A stretch of DNA of 64,000 nucleotides from Escherichia phage JoYop. This document shows positions 55,187 to 64,000 of this stretch, piece by piece (within the stretch, counting starts at the first letter, position 1; the number at the start of each line of letters is the position of its first letter). Made by a program: the position numbers and the translations under genes. Where the stretch lies: the sequence record OR769032.1, one strand, 5' to 3'. The notes beneath the pieces are model-generated. The model did no database searches and was not told where the DNA came from. It saw only the letters and a list, made by a program, of their open reading frames with translations.

Positions 55187-58100
55187 ATGGCCGAGATTAA
55201 AAGAAAGTTCAGAGCAGAAGATGGTCTGGACGCAGGTGGTGATAAAATAATCAACGTAGCTTTAGCTGATCGTACCGTAGGAACTGACGGTGTTAACGTT
55301 GATTACTTAATTCAAGAAAATACAGTTCAACAATACGATCCAACTCGTGGATATTTAAAAGATTTTGTAATCATTTATGATAACCGCTTTTGGGCTGCTA
55401 TAAATGATATTCCAAAACCAGCAGGAGCTTTTAATAGCGGACGCTGGAGAGCATTACGTACGGACGCAAACTGGATTACGGTTTCATCTGGTTCATATCA
55501 ATTAAAATCCGGTGAAGCAATTTCGGTTAACACTGCAGCTGGTAATGACATCACGTTTACTTTACCATCTTCTCCAATTGATGGTGATACTATCGTTCTC
55601 CAAGATATTGGAGGAAAACCTGGAGTTAACCAAGTTTTAATTGCAGCTTCAGTACAAAGTATTGTAAACTTTAGAGGTGAACAAGTACGTTCAGTACTAA
55701 TGACTCATCCAAAGTCACAGCTAGTTTTAATTTTTAGTAATCGTCTGTGGCAAATGTACGTTGCTGATTATAGCAGAGAAGCTGTAATTGTAACACCAGC
55801 GAATACTTATCAAGCGCAATCTAACGATTTTATCGTGCGTAGATTTACTTCCGCTGCGCCGATTAATATTAAACTTCCGAGATTTGCTAATCATGGCGAT
55901 ATTATTAATTTCGTTGATTTGGATAAATTAAATCCACTTTATCATACAATTGTTACTACATACGATGAAACTACTTCAATACAAGAAGATGGAACTCATT
56001 CTATTGAAGGCCGTACATCGATAGATGGTTTCTTGATGTTTGATGATAATGAGAAACTGTGGAGATTGTTTGATGGCGATAGCAAAGCACGTTTACGTAT
56101 TATAACAACTAATTCAAATATTCGTCCAAATGAAGAAGTTATGGTATTTGGAGCGAATAACGGAACAACCCAAACAATTGAGCTTCAGCTTCCAACTAAT
56201 ATTTCTGTTGGTGATACTGTTAAAATTTCCATGAATTACATGAGAAAAGGACAAACAGTTAAAATCAAAGCTGCCGGTGAAGATAAAATTGCTTCTTCAG
56301 TTCAATTGCTGCAATTTCCAAAACGTTCAGAATATCCACCTGAAGCTGAATGGGTTACAGTCCAAGAATTAGTTTTTAACGGTGAAACTAATTATGTTCC
56401 AGTTTTGGAGCTTGCTTACATTGAAGACTCTGATGGAAAATACTGGGTTGTACAACAAAACGTTCCTACTGTGGAAAGAGTAGATTCTTTAAATGATTCA
56501 ACTAGAGCAAGATTAGGCGTAATTGCTTTAGCTACACAAGCTCAAGCAAATGTCGATTTAGAAAATTCTCCACAAAAAGAATTAGCAATTACTCCAGAAA
56601 CATTAGCTAACCGTACTGCTACAGAAACTCGTAGAGGTATCGCAAGAATAGCAACTACTGCTCAAGTGAATCAGAACACCACATTCTCTTTTGCTGATGA
56701 TATTATCATTACTCCTAAAAAGCTGAATGAAAGAACTGCTACAGAAACTCGTAGAGGTGTTGCTGAAATTGCTACGCAACAGGAAACTAATGCAGGTACT
56801 GATGATACTACAATCATCACTCCTAAAAAGCTTCAAGCTCGTCAGGGTTCTGAATCATTATCTGGTATTGTAACCTTTGTATCTACCGCAGGAGCTACTC
56901 CAGCTTCTAGTCGTGAATTAAATGGTACAAACGTTTATAATAAAAACACTAATAATTTAGTTGTTTCGCCTAAAGCTTTGGATCAGTATAAAGCTACTCC
57001 AACGCAACAAGGTGCAGTAATTTTAGCGGTTGAAAGTGAAGTAATTGCTGGAAAAAGTCAAGAAGGATGGGCAAATGCTGTTGTAACGCCAGAAACGTTA
57101 CATAAAAAGACATCAACTGATGGAAGAATTGGTTTAATTGAAATTGCTACACAAAGTGAAGTTAATACAGGAACTGATTATACTCGTGCAGTCACTCCTA
57201 AAACTTTAAATGACCGTATAGCAACTGAAAGTTTAAGTGGTATAGCTGAAATTGCTACACAAGTTGAATTCGACGCAGGCGTCGACGATACTCGTATCTC
57301 TACACCATTAAAAATTAAAACCAGATTTAATAGTACTGATCGTACTTCTGTTGTTGCTCTATCTGGATTAGTTGAATCAGGAACTCTCTGGGACCATTAT
57401 ACCCTTAATATTCTTGAAGCAAATGAGACGCAACGTGGTACACTTCGTGTGGCTACACAAGTTGAAGCTGCTGCTGGAAAATTGGATAATGTTTTAATAA
57501 CTCCTAAAAAGCTTTTAGGTACTAAATCTACCGAATCGCAAGAAGGTGTTATTAAAGTTGCAACTCAGTCTGAAACTGTGACTGGAACATCAGCAAATAC
57601 TGCTGTATCTCCAAAAAATTTAAAATGGATTGTACAGAGTGAACCTACCTGGGCAGCTACTACTGCGGTAAGAGGTTTTGTTAAAACTTCATCTGGTTCA
57701 ATTACATTCGTTGGTAATGATACAGTTGGTTCAACACAGTCGTTAGAATTATACGAGAAAAATAGCTATGCAGTATCACCATATGAATTAAACCGTGTAC
57801 TCGCTAACTATTTGCCATTAAAAGCAAAAGCTGCTGACGCAAATTTATTAGATGGCCTAGATTCATCCCAGTTCATTCGTAGGGATATTGCACAGACGGT
57901 TAATGGTTCACTAACCTTAACCCAGCAAACGAATCTGAGTGCCCCTCTTGTATCATCTAGTACTGCTACGTTTGGCGGATCAGTTTCAGCAAACAGCACA
58001 TTAACTATTTCTAATACTGGAACTATGACGCCCCGTATCGTTTTCGAAAAAGGTCCTGCATCTGGGGCAAATCCTGCACAGTCAATGAGTATTCGTGTAT

Positions 58101-59059
58101 GGGGTAACCAATTTGGCGGCGGTAGTGATACAACACGTTCGACAGTGTTTGAAGTTGGCGATGAAACATCTCATCACTTTTATTCTCAACGTAATAAAGA
58201 CGGTAATATAGCGTTTAGTATTAATGGTACTGTAATGCCAATAAACATTAATGCTTCCGGTTTGATGAATGTGAATGGTGTTGCAACATTCGGTCGTTCA
58301 GTTACAGCCAATGGTGAATTCATTAGCAAGTCTGCAAATGCTTTCAGAGCAATTAGTGGTGATTATGGATTCTTTATTCGCAATGATGCTGCTAATACCT
58401 ATTTTATGCTCACTGCATCAGGTGATCAGACTGGCGGATTTAATGGATTACGTCCTTTGGCTATTAATAATGCATCTGGCCAAGTAACGATTGGTGAAGG
58501 CTTAATCATTGCCAAAGGTGCTACTATAAATTCAGGTGGTTTGACTGTTAACTCGAGAATTCGTTCTCAGGGTAATAAAACATCTGATTTATATACCCGT
58601 GCGCCAACATCTGATACTATAGGATTCTGGTCAATCGATATTAACGATTCAGCCACTTATAACCAGTTCCCGGGTTATTTTAAAATGGTTGAAAAAACTA
58701 ATGAAGTGACTGGACTTCCATACTTAGAACGTGGTGAAGAAGTTAAATCTCCTGGTACATTGACTCAGTTTGGTAACACACTTGATTCGCTTTACCAAGA
58801 TTGGATTACTTATCCAACGACTCCAGAAGCACGTACCACTCGCTGGACGCGTACATGGCAGAAAACCAAAAACTCTTGGTCGAGTTTTGTTCAGGTATTT
58901 GACGGAGGTAACCCTCCTCAGCCGTCTGATATCGGTGCTTTACCATCTGATAATGCTACAATGGGGAATCTTACTATTCGTGATTTCTTACGAATTGGTA
59001 ATGTTCGCATTGTTCCTGACCCAGTGAATAAAACGGTTAAATTTGAATGGGTTGAATAA
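55187..59059 (+). CDS. 34: Long tail fibre proximal subunit gp34 (1290 aa)
   Basis: Size about 1289 aa as in T4 gp34; repetitive beta-rich fibre sequence; synteny 34-35-36-37. Confidence 0.92.
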   Translation: MAEIKRKFRAEDGLDAGGDKIINVALADRTVGTDGVNVDYLIQENTVQQYDPTRGYLKDFVIIYDNRFWAAINDIPKPAGAFNSGRWRALRTDANWITVSSGSYQLKSGEAISVNTAAGNDITFTLPSSPIDGDTIVLQDIGGKPGVNQVLIAASVQSIVNFRGEQVRSVLMTHPKSQLVLIFSNRLWQMYVADYSREAVIVTPANTYQAQSNDFIVRRFTSAAPINIKLPRFANHGDIINFVDLDKLNPLYHTIVTTYDETTSIQEDGTHSIEGRTSIDGFLMFDDNEKLWRLFDGDSKARLRIITTNSNIRPNEEVMVFGANNGTTQTIELQLPTNISVGDTVKISMNYMRKGQTVKIKAAGEDKIASSVQLLQFPKRSEYPPEAEWVTVQELVFNGETNYVPVLELAYIEDSDGKYWVVQQNVPTVERVDSLNDSTRARLGVIALATQAQANVDLENSPQKELAITPETLANRTATETRRGIARIATTAQVNQNTTFSFADDIIITPKKLNERTATETRRGVAEIATQQETNAGTDDTTIITPKKLQARQGSESLSGIVTFVSTAGATPASSRELNGTNVYNKNTNNLVVSPKALDQYKATPTQQGAVILAVESEVIAGKSQEGWANAVVTPETLHKKTSTDGRIGLIEIATQSEVNTGTDYTRAVTPKTLNDRIATESLSGIAEIATQVEFDAGVDDTRISTPLKIKTRFNSTDRTSVVALSGLVESGTLWDHYTLNILEANETQRGTLRVATQVEAAAGKLDNVLITPKKLLGTKSTESQEGVIKVATQSETVTGTSANTAVSPKNLKWIVQSEPTWAATTAVRGFVKTSSGSITFVGNDTVGSTQSLELYEKNSYAVSPYELNRVLANYLPLKAKAADANLLDGLDSSQFIRRDIAQTVNGSLTLTQQTNLSAPLVSSSTATFGGSVSANSTLTISNTGTMTPRIVFEKGPASGANPAQSMSIRVWGNQFGGGSDTTRSTVFEVGDETSHHFYSQRNKDGNIAFSINGTVMPININASGLMNVNGVATFGRSVTANGEFISKSANAFRAISGDYGFFIRNDAANTYFMLTASGDQTGGFNGLRPLAINNASGQVTIGEGLIIAKGATINSGGLTVNSRIRSQGNKTSDLYTRAPTSDTIGFWSIDINDSATYNQFPGYFKMVEKTNEVTGLPYLERGEEVKSPGTLTQFGNTLDSLYQDWITYPTTPEARTTRWTRTWQKTKNSWSSFVQVFDGGNPPQPSDIGALPSDNATMGNLTIRDFLRIGNVRIVPDPVNKTVKFEWVE

Positions 59060-59067
59060 GAGGTATT

Positions 59068-60183
59068 ATGGAAAAATTTATGGCAGAGTTTGGACAAGGA
59101 TATGTCCAAACGCCATTTTTATCGGAAAGTAATTCAGTAAGATATAAAATAAGTATAGCGGGTTCTTGTCCGCTTTCTACAGCAGGACCATATGTTAAAT
59201 TTCAGGATAATCCTGTTGGAAGCCAAACATTTAGCGCAGGACTTCATTTAAGAGTTTTTGACCCTTCCACCGGAGCATTAGTTGATAGTAAGTCATATGC
59301 TTTTTCGACTTCAAATGATACTACATCAGCTGCTTTTGTTAGTTTCATGAATTCTTTGACGAATAATAGACTTGTTGCTATATTAACTAACGGAAAAGTT
59401 AATTTTCCTCCTGAAGTAGTGTCTTGGTTAAGAGCCGCAGGAACGGCTGCTTTTCCATCTGATTCTATATTGTCAAGATTCGACGTATCATATGCTGCTT
59501 TTTATACTTCTTCTAAAAGAGTTATCGCGTTAGAGCATGTTAAACTAAGTAATAGAAAAAGCACAGATGACTATCAAACTATTTTAGATGTTGTATTTGA
59601 TAGTTTAGAAGACGTTGGAGCTACGGGATTTCCTAAAAGAACATATGAAAGTGTCGAGCAATTCATGTCAGCGGTCGGTGGAACCAATAACGAAATTGCA
59701 CGTTTTCCAACTTCATCCGCGATAAGTAAACTCTCTGATTATAATTTAGTTCCTGGTGATGTTCTTTATCTTAAAGCTCAGTTATATGCTGATGCGGATT
59801 TACTTGCGCTTGGAACCACAAATATATCCATCCGTTTTTATAATGCATCTAATGGATATATTTCTTCAACACAAGCTGAGTTCACCGGACAAGCTGGGTC
59901 TTGGGAATTAAAGGAAGATTATGTAGTTGTTCCAGAAAACGCTGTGGGATTTACGATATACGCACAAAGAACTGCACAAGCTGGTCAAGGTGGCATGAGA
60001 AATTTAAGCTTTTCTGAAGTGTCAAAAAATGGAGGTATTTCGAAACCTGCTGAATTTGGCGTCAATGGAATTCGTGTTAATTATATCTGTGAATCTGCTT
60101 CACCTCCGGATATAATGGTACTTCCTACACAAGCATCGTCTAAAACTGGTAAAGTGTTTGGGCAAGAATTTAGAGAAGTATAA
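59068..60183 (+). CDS. 35: Long tail fibre hinge protein gp35 (371 aa)
   Basis: Size and position. Confidence 0.88.
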   Translation: MEKFMAEFGQGYVQTPFLSESNSVRYKISIAGSCPLSTAGPYVKFQDNPVGSQTFSAGLHLRVFDPSTGALVDSKSYAFSTSNDTTSAAFVSFMNSLTNNRLVAILTNGKVNFPPEVVSWLRAAGTAAFPSDSILSRFDVSYAAFYTSSKRVIALEHVKLSNRKSTDDYQTILDVVFDSLEDVGATGFPKRTYESVEQFMSAVGGTNNEIARFPTSSAISKLSDYNLVPGDVLYLKAQLYADADLLALGTTNISIRFYNASNGYISSTQAEFTGQAGSWELKEDYVVVPENAVGFTIYAQRTAQAGQGGMRNLSFSEVSKNGGISKPAEFGVNGIRVNYICESASPPDIMVLPTQASSKTGKVFGQEFREV

Positions 60184-60188
60184 ATTGA

Positions 60189-60206
60189 GGGAGCCTTCGG
60201 GTTCCC
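60189..60206 (+). terminator. Hairpin gggagccttcgggttccc plus T-run after gene 35
   Basis: 7-bp stem with one G-U pair, ttcg loop, followed by tttttc. Confidence 0.5.
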
Positions 60207-60214
60207 TTTTTCTT

Positions 60215-60222
60215 TATAAATA
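60215..60222 (+). promoter_or_regulatory. Late promoter box TATAAATA for gene 36
   Basis: Exact TATAAATA 24 bp upstream of gene 36 ATG. Confidence 0.6.
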
Positions 60223-60245
60223 CTATTAAAATAAAGGGGCATACA

Positions 60246-60911
60246 ATGGCTGATTTAAAAGTAGGTTCAACAACCGGAGGCTCTGTCATTTGGCATCAAG
60301 GAAATTTTCCATTGAATCCAGCCGGTGACGATGTACTCTATAAATCATTTAAAATATATTCAGAATACAATAAACCGCAAGCAGCTGATAACGATTTCGT
60401 TTCTAAAGCTAATGGCGGTACTTATGCATCAAAGGTAACATTTAATGCTGGTGTTCAAGTACCATATGCTATAAACAATACAAACCAAAGCGGTATTTAT
60501 CCTGGCAATGGTGATGCTGCTACTTTTGATACAGCAAATATTGATATTGTTTCATGGTACGGCATTGGTTTTAAATCATCACAAGGATCTGCAGGTAGAA
60601 CTGTTGTTGTTAACACTCGTACTGGTGATATCAGCACTAAGGGTGGTATTTATGCAATCGGACCCGTCCGTTCTAACGTTACCGCTCCAGTGGCAGCAAA
60701 TGACCTTACTAGAAAGGACTATGTTGATGGAGCAATAAATACTGTTACGGCAAATGCGAACTCTAGAGTGTTACGATCTGGTGACACTATGACGGGTAAC
60801 TTAACCGCACCAAACTTTTTCTCGCAGAATCCTGCATCTCAACCTTCACATGTTCCACGATTTGACCAAATCGTAATTAAGGATTCTGTTCAAGATTTCG
60901 GCTATTATTAA
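60246..60911 (+). CDS. 36: Long tail fibre distal connector gp36 (221 aa)
   Basis: 221 aa equals T4 gp36. Confidence 0.88.
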   Translation: MADLKVGSTTGGSVIWHQGNFPLNPAGDDVLYKSFKIYSEYNKPQAADNDFVSKANGGTYASKVTFNAGVQVPYAINNTNQSGIYPGNGDAATFDTANIDIVSWYGIGFKSSQGSAGRTVVVNTRTGDISTKGGIYAIGPVRSNVTAPVAANDLTRKDYVDGAINTVTANANSRVLRSGDTMTGNLTAPNFFSQNPASQPSHVPRFDQIVIKDSVQDFGYY

Positions 60912-60919
60912 GAGGACTT

Positions 60920-63900
60920 ATGGCTACTTTAAAACAAATACAATTTAAAAGAAGCAAAACCGCAGGTGCACGTCCTGCTGCTTCAGTATTAGCCGAAGGT
61001 GAATTGGCTATAAACTTAAAAGATAGAACAATTTTTACTAAAGACGATTTAGGAAATATCATTGATCTGGGTTTTGCTAAAGGCGGGCAGGTTGATGGAA
61101 ATATCACTCAAACTGGTGATTATTTACAAAATGGAACATATAATCTTAATGGAAACCAGTTTGTTTATGCAGGAAAATATATTGAATTTTTACCTAAAAC
61201 AGCTGGTAATGGCGCTTGGGCAAATCAACACCTAAATAAAGCCCCTATCTTTACAGATTTAAGTTCAGCTACTTCTACTTCAGAATACCATCCGCTAATT
61301 AAGCAGCGTTATAAAGATGGAACTTTTTCTGTTGGTACGTTAGTAAATGAAGGAAGTTTTAAAATTCAATATATCAATGAATCTGGTGATTCAAAATATT
61401 GGACTTTTAATCGAAACGGTAGTTTTATTGTAGATAATGGCAGTATTGAAGTCCGTGCAGGTAATATTTCGGCTTCAGGTAATATTAACTCGGCAACCGG
61501 ATTTGTTTCTGCACCGCGCGTCAATACAAAAAATATTAACCTGAGTTCTAAAAAATTTATACCGAATAATGACGAGGGTTATGACATTGTTTCTTTACCT
61601 ACTTGGATTTATAATCCACCAGCAGATGGTTCTGACCGTGATACAAACGGATTGAACTACATGCGTAAAATGCGGGCTTCAAATACTTCTAGCATTTTCC
61701 ATGAAATTGTCGATTGCCGAAAAGGTAAGCCACAAGAAATTTCTTGGTGGACTGGTGTTGGGCCTTCTTCTTTCCAGTGGGCGTTTGATACCTCCGGGCG
61801 TATTACTGCAGGTAAATCAATTTCTGTAGGTCTTCCTGATAATGGTTCAAATGGACGTTATCCTTTAGATTCTGCCATTTCTATTGGTATTGCAATTGGT
61901 GATAACGACACCGGTATTAAATGGGTCCGCGACGGTGTTATTGATTTCATGGCTAACGGTATTTCATCCGCTACCATTTTGAATAACGGTATTAACAGCA
62001 CTAAGAAATTGATGGTCGGTTATAGCCGCGATTCTGGTACTACTTGGGATTACCCAAATAACAACCAAGCAATGTTTACTGCGCGTACCGATGTTGATGG
62101 TAATAATAATGGCGATGGACAGACTCATATCGGTTATAGCAGCAACGCTAAGATGTATCACTATTTCCGTGGTACAGGTCGTATGTCCGTTAATATGGGC
62201 GATGGACTTCTTGTTGAGCCTGGCATTTTAGATATTAAAACCGGTTCAAATTCGTTAAATTTGCGCGCTGATGGTACCATTGCTTCTGTTCAAACATTAA
62301 AACTTAATAATGGATTATATTTTAATGGTGATGGAACTAATGCTTCTCTAGTTTTTAAAGCCGCTTCAGGTATTGATGGCACTAAGCAAATCATGTGGGA
62401 AGGCGGTACTCGACCAGGTCAGAATAAGAGTTATGTAACTGTTAAAGCATGGGGTAATTCATTTAACGCCACTGGCGATAAATCTCGTGAAACCGTATTT
62501 GAAGTCTCTGATGGACAAGGTTGGTATTTCTACACTCAACGCCTGGCTCCAACTGATTCTGGAACCATAGGTCGTGTTACAACTTACTTCAATGGTGAGC
62601 TTCGTTCTAAAGGAAACCTAATAAGCGAAGGAAGTCTTGAAGTTGATGGAACAAGCACACTAGCCGGTAATGTTACTATGTCTAACGGTTTGTTTGTTCA
62701 AGGTGGTTCTTCTATTACTGGACAAGCTAAATTTGGTGGAACGGCAGATGCATTAAGAATTTGGAATGCTGAATATGGTGCTATTTTCCGTCGTTCAGAA
62801 GCATCATTGCATATTATTCCGACCCCTAAAGATGCCGGTGAAAGCGGTGGAATAAGTAATCTCCGTCCACTTAGTATCAGCCTTAATAACGGTATGGTGC
62901 AAATGCGTCATTCTGTCACATTAGGTGATGATGGCAGAGGCGGAAATATGGTTACCGTAGACAACGATAATAAACTTGTTGTTGTTACTAGTAATAGTCG
63001 TATTTCTCCTAATTACCGTATGCAAATAGGTCAGTCAGCATATATTGATGTTGAATGCACTGACAGCGTTCGTCCAGCGGGTGCAGGTTCTTTTGCTTCC
63101 CAGAATAATGAAAACGTACGCGCACCATTCTATATGAATATTGACCGTACAGACAATAGCACTTATGTTCCAATTTTGAAGCAGAGATATGTACAAGGAA
63201 ACAGCTGTTACTCTATTGGAACCTTAATTAATGGTGGTAACTTTAGAGTTCATTATCATGAAGGTGGAGACGGAAGCTCATCAGGCGCAATTATAAAAGA
63301 TTTAGGATGGGAATTTACGCGTTCTGGCGATTTTATATCTCCTAAGCGTGTTTCTGCCGGGGGTTCAGTTTATTTAGGTACAGATGGTAACATTACTGGC
63401 GGTTCAGGAAACTTTGCTAACTTGAACACTACTTTAGACCGTAAAGTAACTACCGGCTGGATTAATTATTCTGTTGATAGCGGTTGGTATAAATTGGCAA
63501 CAGTAACTATGCCTCAAGGTGTGGCTACAGTTCAATTTAAAATTACTGGTGGTTCTGGATTTAACGTTGGTACTTTTAGACAAGCAACAATTAATGAAAT
63601 TGTATTGCGTTCAGGTAATAACAGCCCTAAAGGAATTAATGGTGTTTTATGGCAACGCGAAACAGATGCTATTAAAGATATTGCGTATATTAATACCTCA
63701 GGCGATGAGTATGATGTTTATATTAATTGTGGCACTTATTTAAATAGACTTACCTTAGAATATAGCACTTCAGAAAACGCTTCAGTAGTAGTTCATGGAT
63801 TATATGGGCCTACACAATCACCAGTAGAAGAGCTTCCTGTAGATACTGTTAAAGGTCGTGTTTTTAAACTTCTTAATAATAGCTCAGGCGTTTTTGATGC

Positions 63901-64000
63901 AGGTAGTTCTAATATTTCTACAAATGCAACTTTTGTGGCAAATACTACTATAGGATTCCGTCACAAATCTAACGGCGACGAAAGTGGCTCTGCAGCTGCT
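60920..64000 (+). CDS. 37: Long tail fibre distal subunit gp37, 5' partial (first 1027 codons, runs off window)
   Basis: ATG at 60920 gives MATLKQIQFKRSKTAGARPAASVLAEGELAIN; no stop in frame to the window end, hence absent from the ORF track. Confidence 0.85.
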   Translation, partial: MATLKQIQFKRSKTAGARPAASVLAEGELAINLKDRTIFTKDDLGNIIDLGFAKGGQVDGNITQTGDYLQNGTYNLNGNQFVYAGKYIEFLPKTAGNGAWANQHLNKAPIFTDLSSATSTSEYHPLIKQRYKDGTFSVGTLVNEGSFKIQYINESGDSKYWTFNRNGSFIVDNGSIEVRAGNISASGNINSATGFVSAPRVNTKNINLSSKKFIPNNDEGYDIVSLPTWIYNPPADGSDRDTNGLNYMRKMRASNTSSIFHEIVDCRKGKPQEISWWTGVGPSSFQWAFDTSGRITAGKSISVGLPDNGSNGRYPLDSAISIGIAIGDNDTGIKWVRDGVIDFMANGISSATILNNGINSTKKLMVGYSRDSGTTWDYPNNNQAMFTARTDVDGNNNGDGQTHIGYSSNAKMYHYFRGTGRMSVNMGDGLLVEPGILDIKTGSNSLNLRADGTIASVQTLKLNNGLYFNGDGTNASLVFKAASGIDGTKQIMWEGGTRPGQNKSYVTVKAWGNSFNATGDKSRETVFEVSDGQGWYFYTQRLAPTDSGTIGRVTTYFNGELRSKGNLISEGSLEVDGTSTLAGNVTMSNGLFVQGGSSITGQAKFGGTADALRIWNAEYGAIFRRSEASLHIIPTPKDAGESGGISNLRPLSISLNNGMVQMRHSVTLGDDGRGGNMVTVDNDNKLVVVTSNSRISPNYRMQIGQSAYIDVECTDSVRPAGAGSFASQNNENVRAPFYMNIDRTDNSTYVPILKQRYVQGNSCYSIGTLINGGNFRVHYHEGGDGSSSGAIIKDLGWEFTRSGDFISPKRVSAGGSVYLGTDGNITGGSGNFANLNTTLDRKVTTGWINYSVDSGWYKLATVTMPQGVATVQFKITGGSGFNVGTFRQATINEIVLRSGNNSPKGINGVLWQRETDAIKDIAYINTSGDEYDVYINCGTYLNRLTLEYSTSENASVVVHGLYGPTQSPVEELPVDTVKGRVFKLLNNSSGVFDAGSSNISTNATFVANTTIGFRHKSNGDESGSAAA

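Overview
This window is a contiguous block of a T4-like (Tequatrovirus, T-even) myovirus genome, read by eye from the sequence and the ORF track with no database search run. On the + strand it runs from the terminase genes 16/17 through tail sheath 18, tail tube 19, portal 20, head core and capsid genes 67-68-21-22-23-24, then baseplate hub genes 51-27-28-29-48-54, and ends with long tail fibre genes 34-35-36 and the 5' part of 37. On the - strand it carries rnlB, hoc, inh, uvsY, 25-26, the alt region, DNA ligase 30, the 30.1-30.9 early cluster, rIII, 31, cd, pseT, spanins, alc, rnlA, denA, nrdB, nrdA, td, frd, 32, 59, 33, dsbA and rnh. Late genes are preceded by TATAAATA late-promoter boxes and early genes by GTTTAC(A)-17bp-TAnnAT promoters; GC-rich hairpins sit at operon boundaries. 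The backbone is unremarkable; the interest lies in departures from the T4 layout as I recall it. These are: a perfect 77-bp tandem duplication that frameshifts rnh; a 115-codon ORF inserted between frd and td (which overlap in T4); an HNH endonuclease gene between 18 and 19; a Hoc with an extra Ig-like domain; two tandem Alt-type ADP-ribosyltransferase paralogues; intronless nrdB and td with a mobE-like HNH gene tightly coupled between nrdA and nrdB; and extra small early ORFs after gene 32 and between pseT and alc. No tRNA, rRNA or CRISPR array was seen. Gene names for small ORFs are positional guesses, and ORF-track starts that used TTG were moved to the nearest in-frame ATG where T4 protein lengths supported it.
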